Shown here piece after piece: positions 19,491 to 28,422 of a stretch of 52,530 bases of DNA. Below the pieces are notes generated by a model. It was not told where the DNA came from and ran no database searches. It was given only the letters and a program-made list of their open reading frames with translations. Location of the stretch: positions 1 to 52,530 of IMG/VR virus record IMGVR_UViG_3300033512_000519, one strand, 5' to 3'. Positions within the stretch are counted from its first letter, which is position 1. Each line of letters begins with the position of its first letter. Both the position numbers and the translations under genes were made by a program. The stretch is from a virus (Duplodnaviria; Caudoviricetes).

Positions 19491-19718
19491 TTATTTTTTT
19501 ACTTTTGATGAAGCATACTTTAAAGACCAATCAGAACTATTACTCTTTTGATATTCTTCCATACAAGAAAAAATTGCTTCTTGGGCTGGCATTCCAGTTG
19601 ATACCTTTGTTTTATAACAATTCATCCAACCTCTACTTTGCCCCTTCATTAACGCCTTCGCATCTTCATAATACGCTTTCTTACGAAACGATTTTAAATT
19701 AAATGTAACTGTTTTCAT
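19491..19718 (-). CDS. Small head-region protein with FNL leader and WxxC...C motif
   Basis: MKTVTFNLKSFRKKA start. Promoter 19726-19751 ends 7 nt from the ATG. Confidence 0.7.
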   Translation of the reverse strand: MKTVTFNLKSFRKKAYYEDAKALMKGQSRGWMNCYKTKVSTGMPAQEAIFSCMEEYQKSNSSDWSLKYASSKVKK

Positions 19719-19760
19719 ATAATTTTATTCTCTAATTATAAATAGAAACCTTTTTCTATT

Positions 19761-20129
19761 TTAAGATAATTTAGTAACCTTTGTTTTTTTGGAAGCGGTT
19801 TGTGGCGGTTGAACTTGTTGAGGTTGAGCCTGCTGTGGTTGAACCGGCTGAGCTTGCTGAGGTTGAGCCTGCTGACCTTTGTAATTTGCCGCCGCATCAT
19901 TTTGATCCGCTTGGTTTAACCATTGAGCTAAATAACTCAAAACAGCCTGAGACATCTGTCCGTTTTGTATTGCTGCCATAATTGGTTGAATATATTTTTT
20001 AGCTTCGATATCTGGATCGATTTCGACTTGCGCTTTTTTATTCCATCCTGCTTTCTTGCCAACATTCTGCCATTCACTTTTGCTCATCTTTAATGTCTTT
20101 TTGCCGCTTGCTGTCTTAACTAATTTCAT
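19761..20129 (-). CDS. Leader-bearing Gln/Pro-rich putative internal head protein
   Basis: MKLVKTASGKKTLKMSKSEWQNVGKKAGWNKKA leader, AAGGAG RBS, QQAQP repeats. Confidence 0.75.
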   Translation of the reverse strand: MKLVKTASGKKTLKMSKSEWQNVGKKAGWNKKAQVEIDPDIEAKKYIQPIMAAIQNGQMSQAVLSYLAQWLNQADQNDAAANYKGQQAQPQQAQPVQPQQAQPQQVQPPQTASKKTKVTKLS

Positions 20130-20140
20130 ATTTCTCCTTT

Positions 20141-20962
20141 TTACTGAACAAACTCCAACACTTCTAATGCAATTATATTATTAAACAAGAATCTCTTTAT
20201 TTGATTCCCTAAAATTTCCCAATCTCCTCCTATTATATTTGGAGACGAATCATAAGCCACAAAATATTCCCCACCTTCTCCTACTCTTATTGGATACCCT
20301 TCTCCAGAAACAGGTATTAACTTTCTAGGAGGCAACGTCTGACCACTTTGTTTGGATTGGTAAATAATCTGCATAGCTAAATTATGCATTTCAGCATATT
20401 TAACTTTTGATTTGTTGTCTAATTCAACCTGAACATTAGGGGAAGTTTGATTATTTTGTTGATTGTTTTCTTGATCATTTTGGTTACTTTGATCTGGCGT
20501 TGCATTAGGCGGACTAATTGCTGGATCTGGCTGCGGTTGAGCGGTATTATTCTGGGGATATAACGTTTTTGCATTAGCAGGAAAAGCTGGATTTCCAATA
20601 GTAGACTGAGCAGCCCTATATGTTTTATTGGCTATTTCTAAACCTCCAACTTTATCACCAACCCCTAATTTATTCTTATCAAACCATCCGTGATTTACCT
20701 CTAGCGCCATTTTGCAGGGCTTATGAGAAGCAACTAAACGAGTACTAAGAGGATACATTTCGGCAATTTGAAAAATAACTCCGTTTTCATCTAAAAAAGC
20801 AATGTCAAGTGGTATATAGGTGTTTTTCATCCAAAATCGCAAATAATCAGAATGAGTAAATTGGAATAACATTCCAGAGTCTTCTGGCAAAGTTTTTCTG
20901 TCCATTAAACCATTCGCTCTGGTAGATGGAGTATTAGCTATTTCAACAGATAATTTTTTCAT
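20141..20962 (-). CDS. DUF192 domain fused to a WYL-like domain
   Basis: VEIANTP...GLMDR...GMLF...FWMKNTYIPLDIAF...ALEVNHGWF (DUF192). C-terminal IIYQSK...RKLIP...YFVAYD...IKRFLFNNI resembles WYL. Confidence 0.8.
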   Translation of the reverse strand: MKKLSVEIANTPSTRANGLMDRKTLPEDSGMLFQFTHSDYLRFWMKNTYIPLDIAFLDENGVIFQIAEMYPLSTRLVASHKPCKMALEVNHGWFDKNKLGVGDKVGGLEIANKTYRAAQSTIGNPAFPANAKTLYPQNNTAQPQPDPAISPPNATPDQSNQNDQENNQQNNQTSPNVQVELDNKSKVKYAEMHNLAMQIIYQSKQSGQTLPPRKLIPVSGEGYPIRVGEGGEYFVAYDSSPNIIGGDWEILGNQIKRFLFNNIIALEVLEFVQ

Positions 20963-20968
20963 TTTTTG

Positions 20969-21229
20969 CTAATTCTCCTGCCATACTATAAAACTATTAT
21001 CCAAACCATCCTTTAATTCATTAGCACACTCGACAGTATCACAATCAAAATGAAGACCCCTTGATCCACTTTTATTCTTCATTGTAACGCCATAAGGAAT
21101 TTCCATGGTAACTTCACCTTTCAAAATCTTATCGTACTGCTTACGGCTTAATTCAGCATAAACATGAATAGATTTGTCACGTTCATACGCTTTTCTCTCT
21201 AGATTTGAAACTATTTGATCAATATGCAT
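20969..21229 (-). CDS. Hypothetical protein (86 aa)
   Basis: Tightly packed in the operon. Confidence 0.7.
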   Translation of the reverse strand: MHIDQIVSNLERKAYERDKSIHVYAELSRKQYDKILKGEVTMEIPYGVTMKNKSGSRGLHFDCDTVECANELKDGLDNSFIVWQEN

Positions 21230-21231
21230 GA

Positions 21232-21696
21232 TTAAAGACTTAATAAATGGGAATGTTCGTCGTATACACTTGCCATCCTATATCCCCTCTTGCCTCTTTT
21301 ATCCATACTGGCAAGTATTTCAGTATAACTTTTTTCTTTCTTGTTTTTCAAAAAGCTATTGTTTTCTCCAAGCGTCATTGTCTTTACAACTGTCTTGCCT
21401 TTCTGAGTAAATTTTATTTGATTAGCTCCACCAACTATTAATCCTCTTGACTTCAATCGTATAACATCACGACTTTCTATATTAATATCAGAAAGATCAA
21501 ATGTTTCACTATCTACTTTTTTAGCATGCAACCAAATATCCATAACGCTATCCGCATCCTGATCAGACAATGCAACAGAAAAATCAGAAGCCTCTTTCGG
21601 CATATAATTGGCAAGAAATGAAATATCTAATAATCCATTACCTTGCTGTCTTTTTTCTGAAGGATTCCCACTCACTAAATTAATTGGAACTGGCAT
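21232..21696 (-). CDS. Winged-helix-like hypothetical protein
   Basis: LKSRGLIV...IKFTQKGK wing motif. KEAS and RMAS sites. AAGGAG RBS. Confidence 0.65.
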   Translation of the reverse strand: MPVPINLVSGNPSEKRQQGNGLLDISFLANYMPKEASDFSVALSDQDADSVMDIWLHAKKVDSETFDLSDINIESRDVIRLKSRGLIVGGANQIKFTQKGKTVVKTMTLGENNSFLKNKKEKSYTEILASMDKRGKRGYRMASVYDEHSHLLSL

Positions 21697-21707
21697 AATA
21701 TATCTCC

Positions 21708-21986
21708 TTAATCTTTCATCGGCTTATGTAAACCTAATTTTTCTGAATAAATTTCTAATAAATTCCTGATAAAGTAATGCCCCTCATCTAATTTTTCTTT
21801 AAATAATGGACTCAAATTTGTTTCTAATGTCATTAATTCATCAAACAAATTAGCTATTTTAGATACCACGTCGTATTTTCTCTGAACATCTGATTCAGCT
21901 ATACTGCCTTCTTGACTAATCTTCAAGAATAATTGATTTAAAGCAATTGCCATTTCCTTTTCAGAACCAGCTGTTATTATTTTCAT
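21708..21986 (-). CDS. Hypothetical helical protein (92 aa)
   Basis: Operonic ORF with RBS. Confidence 0.65.
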   Translation of the reverse strand: MKIITAGSEKEMAIALNQLFLKISQEGSIAESDVQRKYDVVSKIANLFDELMTLETNLSPLFKEKLDEGHYFIRNLLEIYSEKLGLHKPMKD

Positions 21987-21998
21987 GTTGTCCCTTAA

Positions 21999-24446
21999 CT
22001 AATTGAGCTTTTTTAATTTCCACAATCCATATTCATCAAAAATTGCATCCGCCTCTTTATTTCCTTCAGAACGTATACTTTCCCTTGCAAATAATAATTC
22101 AAACTCGGAATAACCTCCTTTAAATAAAGAATTTGAATTAGTAATCATGGCATATTCCAAATCCTTGTCTATATCCATTCCGTATTTTAATTTCAATTTT
22201 AATGCTCTCAAAATAATAAATGGATTGTTTTTAACCAGATTTTTTGGATTATAATATGTCTTTATAACATTGTCTCGTATAGCTTTCTTGGCAACACGCA
22301 ATGGGTCAATAACTATATCTTGGATTATATTGTAAGCGAACATGTTTATTGTAAAATCTCTTCTTAAAATATCAATTACCATCTGGTTATGTAAATGCTT
22401 ATTCAATAAAGACAACTGAGCAATCTCTTTTTTATTTACGTTCAAGCTTAATTCTACTTTTATCCCTTTGTAAATAAATACCAAATCACTACCAACTGAA
22501 TATTGAACTCCCAAGCGAGAGGCAAGTAACTCTCCGAATTGAGCGTTAGATCGTTTGCAAGAAGTGGATATATCTAATTGTTCAACATCAGGATTGTCAA
22601 CGCCGAAAACCTTCTCTCTAGCGTACATACCTACAGCAAAAACATCAGATATTCCCATTTTCATAGCCAAAGACCTAGCCATAGTAATAATTTCTTCTAC
22701 TATTTTAGATCTGTAATTTGAAAATCCTAATAAATCCTCGATCAACTCGTCCAAATCTTCAGAGACTTTATCACTTTGAAATCTAGATTCAGCCTGTCTA
22801 AGAGTATCGGTAGGAATAGATGGATCTGTAATCCACACCGCATAGATAAGTTCTCCGCTATCTGTTTTACCGAATGAAAATGTTTTTACATTAACTCCAT
22901 CGCATGCAACAACACTTTTCAGCATAGGATATAAATCACTCGTTATTACAAGTCTTGAAGCTTTCATGTTTTTGGTTAAAATTCGATCCTTTATGGTCTC
23001 TAGAACCCTTAATATCTGTGGAACATCTGATTCCACACCAACTTCAGCTTGAGCAAATCTCTTGGCAGGATGTGTATTAGCTAAATCTTGCGTCATGTCG
23101 TCCCATAACTGCGGCTTTAGTTTTGGGTCAATCCATTTATAATAAAATCCCTTGATATCATAAGTCGGATTATAACGTGGTTGTGCTTTTATCCAATCTT
23201 CTTCGGCTGCAAATGATTCATCTCTATCATCCCATGCCATGACTCTGTCGCCCAATCCCGGTATTGTTGAACCGTCAGAAATATCTAGATTGTTGTACCA
23301 TCCAAACAAAGTCGCCTCTTTCTTAAGATTTGATGCTGTTTTTTCAAGTGGAACCATAAGAGGCTGTGGTCGTTTTTCTTCCAATAATTGCTCTAATGTT
23401 TTATATCCAGAAGACGTATCCCAATCCTTTGATAAAAGCTCTTCATAAATAAGCTCGACATTAGGAACGTAATCATTTGCAAATTGTTTTCTAAGTTGTT
23501 TTTCTATTATATCGCTGGCTTGGTTCAAACCTTTAGCTAATGGACTCATAAACTCTCGACCTAATCTGTTTTCAATTGGCTCGCTTTGATTCTGCTGAAG
23601 AAGCATACTCCATCCAGCCATAGTCCCGCCTACATATTGTTTGCCACCATGTCTTCCGCTTAAATCAGAACCATTAGGCTCATTTCTCGTATAAGATGGT
23701 AAATAATTAACATACTGTGCGTATTTATACCAATTCGTTCCTTTTGCAGTAACTCCAAGATCTACTGGTAAGTCCTCACCCGATTCTGACTGGTATTTTT
23801 GTTTTATTGTATCAATCATCTTGTTGACGAAATCTCTTTCCATACTTTGAGAGGCGGATTCGTCTCCACCACGAGAGTGTTCCCATTCATGGACAATAGT
23901 TGCTCCTAATTCCAGCATAATCAACATATCCCATAGTAAATTTGGATTGGCAATAGTTACTCCATTTGCTTGAGACTCATTGACTATACTTTGCATGTTC
24001 TGCTGAGTAGCACTTTTAACTTTATTGATATTTACACCAATAACTTCGCTTTTTCCAGCATTAATCTGATCCCATAATTGTTTGATCTCGTCTTGAACTA
24101 AAGAATCGTCTTTTTCAGAATCTTTAGGATAAGCAACTAACATGCCGCCTTCATCTTTAATTTCATAACCAGCCTGATTTAATCTGGTTTTTAGTTCATT
24201 GGTCTTTATTTCTTCCACTAAAGCAGGGATATATACTCCATATGCTCCCTGATTGGAAAAATCAAATATATAAGAAACATCCTGAGAAATTTGAGGAGCG
24301 TACTGATATACCAACTGCATAGTTTCTGGAGTTCTTGAAAACACAGAGGATAATTGAGAGTAATCAATATTGCCACCAACACTATATTGTGGCAGTGCTC
24401 CCTGATAATAAGATGAATAATCCTGATTTTGAGATATTTTCTGCAT
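21999..24446 (-). CDS. Multidomain protein: HExxH zincin-like domain, ExQL repeats, degenerate CCA-adding/poly(A) polymerase-fold domain
   Basis: TIVHEWEH; VFAVGMYARE...QLDIST; DILRRDFTINMFAY; NPFIILRALK. Confidence 0.8.
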   Translation of the reverse strand: MQKISQNQDYSSYYQGALPQYSVGGNIDYSQLSSVFSRTPETMQLVYQYAPQISQDVSYIFDFSNQGAYGVYIPALVEEIKTNELKTRLNQAGYEIKDEGGMLVAYPKDSEKDDSLVQDEIKQLWDQINAGKSEVIGVNINKVKSATQQNMQSIVNESQANGVTIANPNLLWDMLIMLELGATIVHEWEHSRGGDESASQSMERDFVNKMIDTIKQKYQSESGEDLPVDLGVTAKGTNWYKYAQYVNYLPSYTRNEPNGSDLSGRHGGKQYVGGTMAGWSMLLQQNQSEPIENRLGREFMSPLAKGLNQASDIIEKQLRKQFANDYVPNVELIYEELLSKDWDTSSGYKTLEQLLEEKRPQPLMVPLEKTASNLKKEATLFGWYNNLDISDGSTIPGLGDRVMAWDDRDESFAAEEDWIKAQPRYNPTYDIKGFYYKWIDPKLKPQLWDDMTQDLANTHPAKRFAQAEVGVESDVPQILRVLETIKDRILTKNMKASRLVITSDLYPMLKSVVACDGVNVKTFSFGKTDSGELIYAVWITDPSIPTDTLRQAESRFQSDKVSEDLDELIEDLLGFSNYRSKIVEEIITMARSLAMKMGISDVFAVGMYAREKVFGVDNPDVEQLDISTSCKRSNAQFGELLASRLGVQYSVGSDLVFIYKGIKVELSLNVNKKEIAQLSLLNKHLHNQMVIDILRRDFTINMFAYNIIQDIVIDPLRVAKKAIRDNVIKTYYNPKNLVKNNPFIILRALKLKLKYGMDIDKDLEYAMITNSNSLFKGGYSEFELLFARESIRSEGNKEADAIFDEYGLWKLKKLN

Positions 24447-24453
24447 GTTCTCT

Positions 24454-24481
24454 TATTTCTAATAAATAATTTAAAAATCCT
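24454..24481 (-). promoter_or_regulatory. AGG-N19-GAAATA promoter, likely leaderless transcript
   Basis: The -10 ends 7 nt before ATG 24446; no RBS. Confidence 0.7.
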
Positions 24482-24483
24482 AC

Positions 24484-24519
24484 AAAAAAGAGGCTATAAT
24501 TTACTTTAGCCTCTTTTTT
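24484..24519 (-). terminator. Terminator after the DUF2997-like gene
   Basis: AAAAAAGAGGCTA...TAGCCTCTTTTTT. Confidence 0.8.
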
Positions 24520-24536
24520 ATAAATTTTTGAATTTA

Positions 24537-24848
24537 TTAAACCCCAAAACCAAGACCTAAATCTTGCTTTCGAGACTTTACTTTTTCTTCTTCATCTTCA
24601 TATTCGTTGTATTTATATTTTGACGGTTGGTTTTTGGACTGCTTTTCCTCAAAATACTCACTGGTTTTTCCAGAGTCTTCTTGAATCGCCATATCCCCAA
24701 ATCCCGGAACTTCGGCTTCCAACAAATCTCTTAAAATACGCTCATCTAAACCGTCTGAACATGTCGATCCGCCCTCATGACCAATAACCTTTGTCTCATA
24801 AGTCCCATTCTTTTTGTTAACGCTCATCCTAACAATAACGTCCCCCAT
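24537..24848 (-). CDS. DUF2997-like protein
   Basis: NGTYETKVIGHEGGSTC...KTSEYF pattern. AAGGAG RBS. TGTATAAT at 24899-24906. Confidence 0.6.
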   Translation of the reverse strand: MGDVIVRMSVNKKNGTYETKVIGHEGGSTCSDGLDERILRDLLEAEVPGFGDMAIQEDSGKTSEYFEEKQSKNQPSKYKYNEYEDEEEKVKSRKQDLGLGFGV

Positions 24849-24876
24849 AATGATTCTCCTTTGTAATTCAGCAAAA

Positions 24877-25932
24877 TTAATTCGTTGTTATATTGTTCAT
24901 TATACAGAAATTTCGAATATAATAAGATGGCAATCCTACATTTAATCCGTATTCTCCACTCTGTGCAACGATTGATGTCAACATTCCAATAACCTCTCCG
25001 CTTTCTATTTTTACAATCGGTCCTCCGCTATTCCCTTGAAAGACAGGAGCGTCAATAAAGAAGTATTTAGGAGCACCTTCATGTCCATAAATCTGACGCC
25101 CAACAGCACCAATATTTCCAAAAGAAGCATTATTTTCAAATCCATGAGGACTGCCTATTGTTAAAATATCGTCTCCGACCTGCATAGACGAAACATCTAG
25201 AGAGAAAGGATCTACATCAACTTCAGCCTTTAATATAGCAATATCCAAAGCTGCATTCATTGATATAACTTGAGCAGGAACTTTATGTCCATTTTGAATT
25301 ATAAATACATGAAGCCTATCTTTATAATCATCTATATCAAACTCCGAATCAAGACTTTTATCATACCTAACAATAACATGAGCACAAGTTGCAAAATAAT
25401 AAGGAGCGACACAAAATGCAGCTCCAGTCTCTTTTATAGAATTATATGTATCAATTGATTCAACTTTGAAAGTCCTTTTTAGGGAAGATGATACAACTTG
25501 AACTCTATCTTGTTTTGCGGCAACTCTAGAAACCCACTTTATAGGTATCCCCTTCTGCCTCATTCGTTCCCGATATTTTTGAGCTAAATCAAACGAAGGA
25601 AATGTTTTAGAACCGCCCGGCAATTTTACTTTCCATTTTTCACTCTGATCTTCTCTCGGCGTTAATAGTTTATTGATAATTGCAAAATCTCGTTCTTCTC
25701 TCTTGTAATCTCCACCTTCTTCCATATAAGAATTAGTAACATCTTCTCCTTCACTCCAACTTCCTCCAGCGCCGGGAACTTTATAACTACGACCATCCAT
25801 AACGTCTTGAATTGTATGAACGTTATTAGTTGGGATTACAGATTTATTAGTAGTGGGAGTTAGACCTGTGCCCGGAGCAATTATCTCAGGCATAAATGTT
25901 CTAGATTCCTTTTTGATTCTATTGATATTCAT
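24877..25932 (-). CDS. Trypsin-like (HtrA-type) serine protease with N-terminal extension
   Basis: Intact triad: TCAHV, LDIAIL, GNSGGP. TIGSPHG motif. No PDZ domain. Promoter 25939-25966. Confidence 0.9.
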   Translation of the reverse strand: MNINRIKKESRTFMPEIIAPGTGLTPTTNKSVIPTNNVHTIQDVMDGRSYKVPGAGGSWSEGEDVTNSYMEEGGDYKREERDFAIINKLLTPREDQSEKWKVKLPGGSKTFPSFDLAQKYRERMRQKGIPIKWVSRVAAKQDRVQVVSSSLKRTFKVESIDTYNSIKETGAAFCVAPYYFATCAHVIVRYDKSLDSEFDIDDYKDRLHVFIIQNGHKVPAQVISMNAALDIAILKAEVDVDPFSLDVSSMQVGDDILTIGSPHGFENNASFGNIGAVGRQIYGHEGAPKYFFIDAPVFQGNSGGPIVKIESGEVIGMLTSIVAQSGEYGLNVGLPSYYIRNFCIMNNITTN

Positions 25933-25966
25933 ATTAGATATTTCGGAATATCAATTGTGAATTCCT

Positions 25967-26890
25967 CTAAACCTCTAGAAAATCGTCGTCTTCTGTTTTC
26001 GGATCTATTTCTGATTTGTTGCTAATATCTGGAGAAGCTTCATGGTCTATGAAATCCTCCAAATCTTCAGCATCAACCTCATCATCAACAAATTTAACAG
26101 CCCTGTCCTTAATTTGAGAAGCCTCTGGAAGAACCGAACTCTGCATTGCGATTTTTAATAGCTTTTCACCAGAAGATACAATAGCAGAAAGTCCGTTTTG
26201 CTCAGATAAATCTAAATTTTTATCACAAAATTTAACGTCATTATCGATATCACTTTCTTCTGCCTCGATTCTTTTCATAGCTTCCAATGACGCTTTAGTC
26301 GCCTCGTTATCGTCGATTTCACCAGACGCACTTCTAGACATATTGCCGCCTTTTGCCCCTGATGTTGTCATAATTACAACTCTAGATTCAATATCATCAG
26401 TTGATTTTATTTCAGGATCGGAATTAGATAACTTTACAATCTTTTTAGGTTCGACTGCATTTGCATTTTCTCTTTCAATTGTTTTTCTGTTCTTAGCTCC
26501 TTTTGGTCTTCCTCTTCCTTTTGCAGAATCTTGTTCATTTTCTGGAATAGGCTTGGAAGGAGCGTCTTCGATATCGTTATCGTCATCTATTTTAGTAGCA
26601 ACTGGAGCTGAAGCAACTGGAGCTGAAACTAATTTAGACACAGATTGAAACTTTGAAATAACAGGAGTTGGAATTTCGTTAACTCCGCCTACTGTTTCAA
26701 CTTCAATAGAAATAAGACCAGCATTGACTAATGAATTAACTTCCGACAACTGATCTTCATTAACCACATCTATATGTCTCGCAATGCTTTCTTTATACAG
26801 GTGTGGATTTTTACTGTCTCCACGAATAACGATTCCTAATGAATTAAACGCAATTGTGGACGCAGTCATACCTTTAATAGTTAATCTCAT
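25967..26890 (-). CDS. Hypothetical protein with AT-hook
   Basis: KGRGRPKGAKN motif, acidic C-terminus, 15-bp tandem repeat (SAPVA x2), AAGGAGG RBS, TGTATAAT at 26914-26921. Confidence 0.7.
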   Translation of the reverse strand: MRLTIKGMTASTIAFNSLGIVIRGDSKNPHLYKESIARHIDVVNEDQLSEVNSLVNAGLISIEVETVGGVNEIPTPVISKFQSVSKLVSAPVASAPVATKIDDDNDIEDAPSKPIPENEQDSAKGRGRPKGAKNRKTIERENANAVEPKKIVKLSNSDPEIKSTDDIESRVVIMTTSGAKGGNMSRSASGEIDDNEATKASLEAMKRIEAEESDIDNDVKFCDKNLDLSEQNGLSAIVSSGEKLLKIAMQSSVLPEASQIKDRAVKFVDDEVDAEDLEDFIDHEASPDISNKSEIDPKTEDDDFLEV

Positions 26891-26937
26891 AGATTCCTCC
26901 TTGATTTTTAACTATTATACAGAAAAGCGATAATGTT

Positions 26938-27150
26938 TTAACTAAATTCTAAACAATCCAAAGACAAACCTTGACGAGAAAGTTCTTTTTTAACCTTTGC
27001 GAATAGCTTAATCTTTTCCTGAGATGTAAGTTGTAAAAAACTAACCAGCTCTTGTAATTCAGTATTGGCACGGTCAAGATTATCAATATCTAAATGATTT
27101 AGAAAATTGTTGGCGACCTTATCTACTCGACCCTGATCTAATTTTTTTTT
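26938..27150 (-). other. Start-less -1 frame ORF, candidate frameshift extension of 27138-28337
   Basis: A9 run just before TAG. The -1 frame stays open (KLDQGRVDKVANNF...LDCLEFS*) and fills the whole intergenic gap. Confidence 0.7.
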
Positions 27151-28337
27151 GTGTCAGACAGAACTACAATATCAAAATCTGTAGAAGCTATTGGAGCGCC
27201 TTTTACATTTTCCCAACTTTCGGGACCACGTTTTTTCTTGGGCTGAGTTTGCTGACCAACGAAATTAATTATACCGCTGCTCATCTTATCTAGATCGATA
27301 CCGTCATCTTCGATATTTAATTCTGGATATTCATCAAGAATCGCTTCTCTAACTTGAGCTAACAGTTCTTGGGAATCCATATCCTGAGTAAACGCCAAAT
27401 CCTCTGGATCTACATTAACAGTTCCTAATACAATGCCTTCGACCTCTGTTTTCTGAAGATCTGATACGGTAAATGGGCTGCTCTCTGTTTGTTCAACTAA
27501 ATTGTCGGTTGTAACATTGCCAGACGGATAAAATTCATCACCTATTAATCGGGCAACCAAAGTATCTCCCTTCATACGGAATACTTCAGGCGTAAAACCA
27601 GCAACATTATCAAGATAACCGTATCCTTCCGCTAAAACAGCATCATACGCCGCCTGTTGCAGTTCGTTAATTCCCAATTGACTTCCCGATGGAGATATGT
27701 CAACAGAGATATAAAGCCCCTTAGCTATAGGAGAATCAACAGGACGTATTTCATCTATAGTTATTGGTTTTTCTCCAAGTTCCTCTATAAATGAATCTTC
27801 TGGCAATTGAACATCCTTTTCAACATTTACACCCTCTTCATCATTCCATCCTTGCTCGATACGCCCCCAACGATCCCCTTCCTCGAAATCTAACTCATCA
27901 ACTTGATCGAGATCTTGTGCTATTTGAGACGTTACTAATTTTTTTGCAGATGCAGCTTTTAAATCGTCCCACCATCTTTTAGATTTAGGAGTCTTAGATG
28001 CCAATTCATATTTTTCTTCTTCTTGCTTCTTTTGAGCGATTCTTTTTTCTTCAACCTTGTTAATATCGCCTTTATAAGCAGCAGTATTACGATGTTTATG
28101 AAATCCGCCCTTCGCCTCGTTTAGACTTTTTTCGATAATGGTTGCATCCCCGCCTTTTCGAGATTCTTCAAGCTGTTTCTCTATTGTAACTGTCTTTTCT
28201 GGAACACGATCTTTTTCAAGCTGTTTCTGAGTTACAACATCTGGTGCTACACTATGTTCTTTCTGAAGTCTCTTCTCGTTATGTATATCACCATCGTTAA
28301 CTTTCTTTTCAGCATATCTTTTTAAATTAAATTTCAT
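27138..28337 (-). CDS. Putative head protein with ExQL repeats and acidic C-terminal domains
   Basis: MKFNLKRYA leader, TQKQLEKDR/IEKQLEESR repeats, AAGGAG RBS, promoter 28376-28403. Confidence 0.75.
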   Translation of the reverse strand: MKFNLKRYAEKKVNDGDIHNEKRLQKEHSVAPDVVTQKQLEKDRVPEKTVTIEKQLEESRKGGDATIIEKSLNEAKGGFHKHRNTAAYKGDINKVEEKRIAQKKQEEEKYELASKTPKSKRWWDDLKAASAKKLVTSQIAQDLDQVDELDFEEGDRWGRIEQGWNDEEGVNVEKDVQLPEDSFIEELGEKPITIDEIRPVDSPIAKGLYISVDISPSGSQLGINELQQAAYDAVLAEGYGYLDNVAGFTPEVFRMKGDTLVARLIGDEFYPSGNVTTDNLVEQTESSPFTVSDLQKTEVEGIVLGTVNVDPEDLAFTQDMDSQELLAQVREAILDEYPELNIEDDGIDLDKMSSGIINFVGQQTQPKKKRGPESWENVKGAPIASTDFDIVVLSDTKKN

Positions 28338-28422
28338 AATAATCTCCTTTCAGTTTTAAAAATCAACTTGCTATTTTTTTCTTTATAAATGCAAAAAAAA
28401 CCTTTTTGATATTTTTTAATTG

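Noticed and set aside
27138-27140. TAG read-through or alternative genetic code
   Set aside because: The zero frame hits TAG again after 4 codons and TAA soon after. Genes across the window are intact under code 11.
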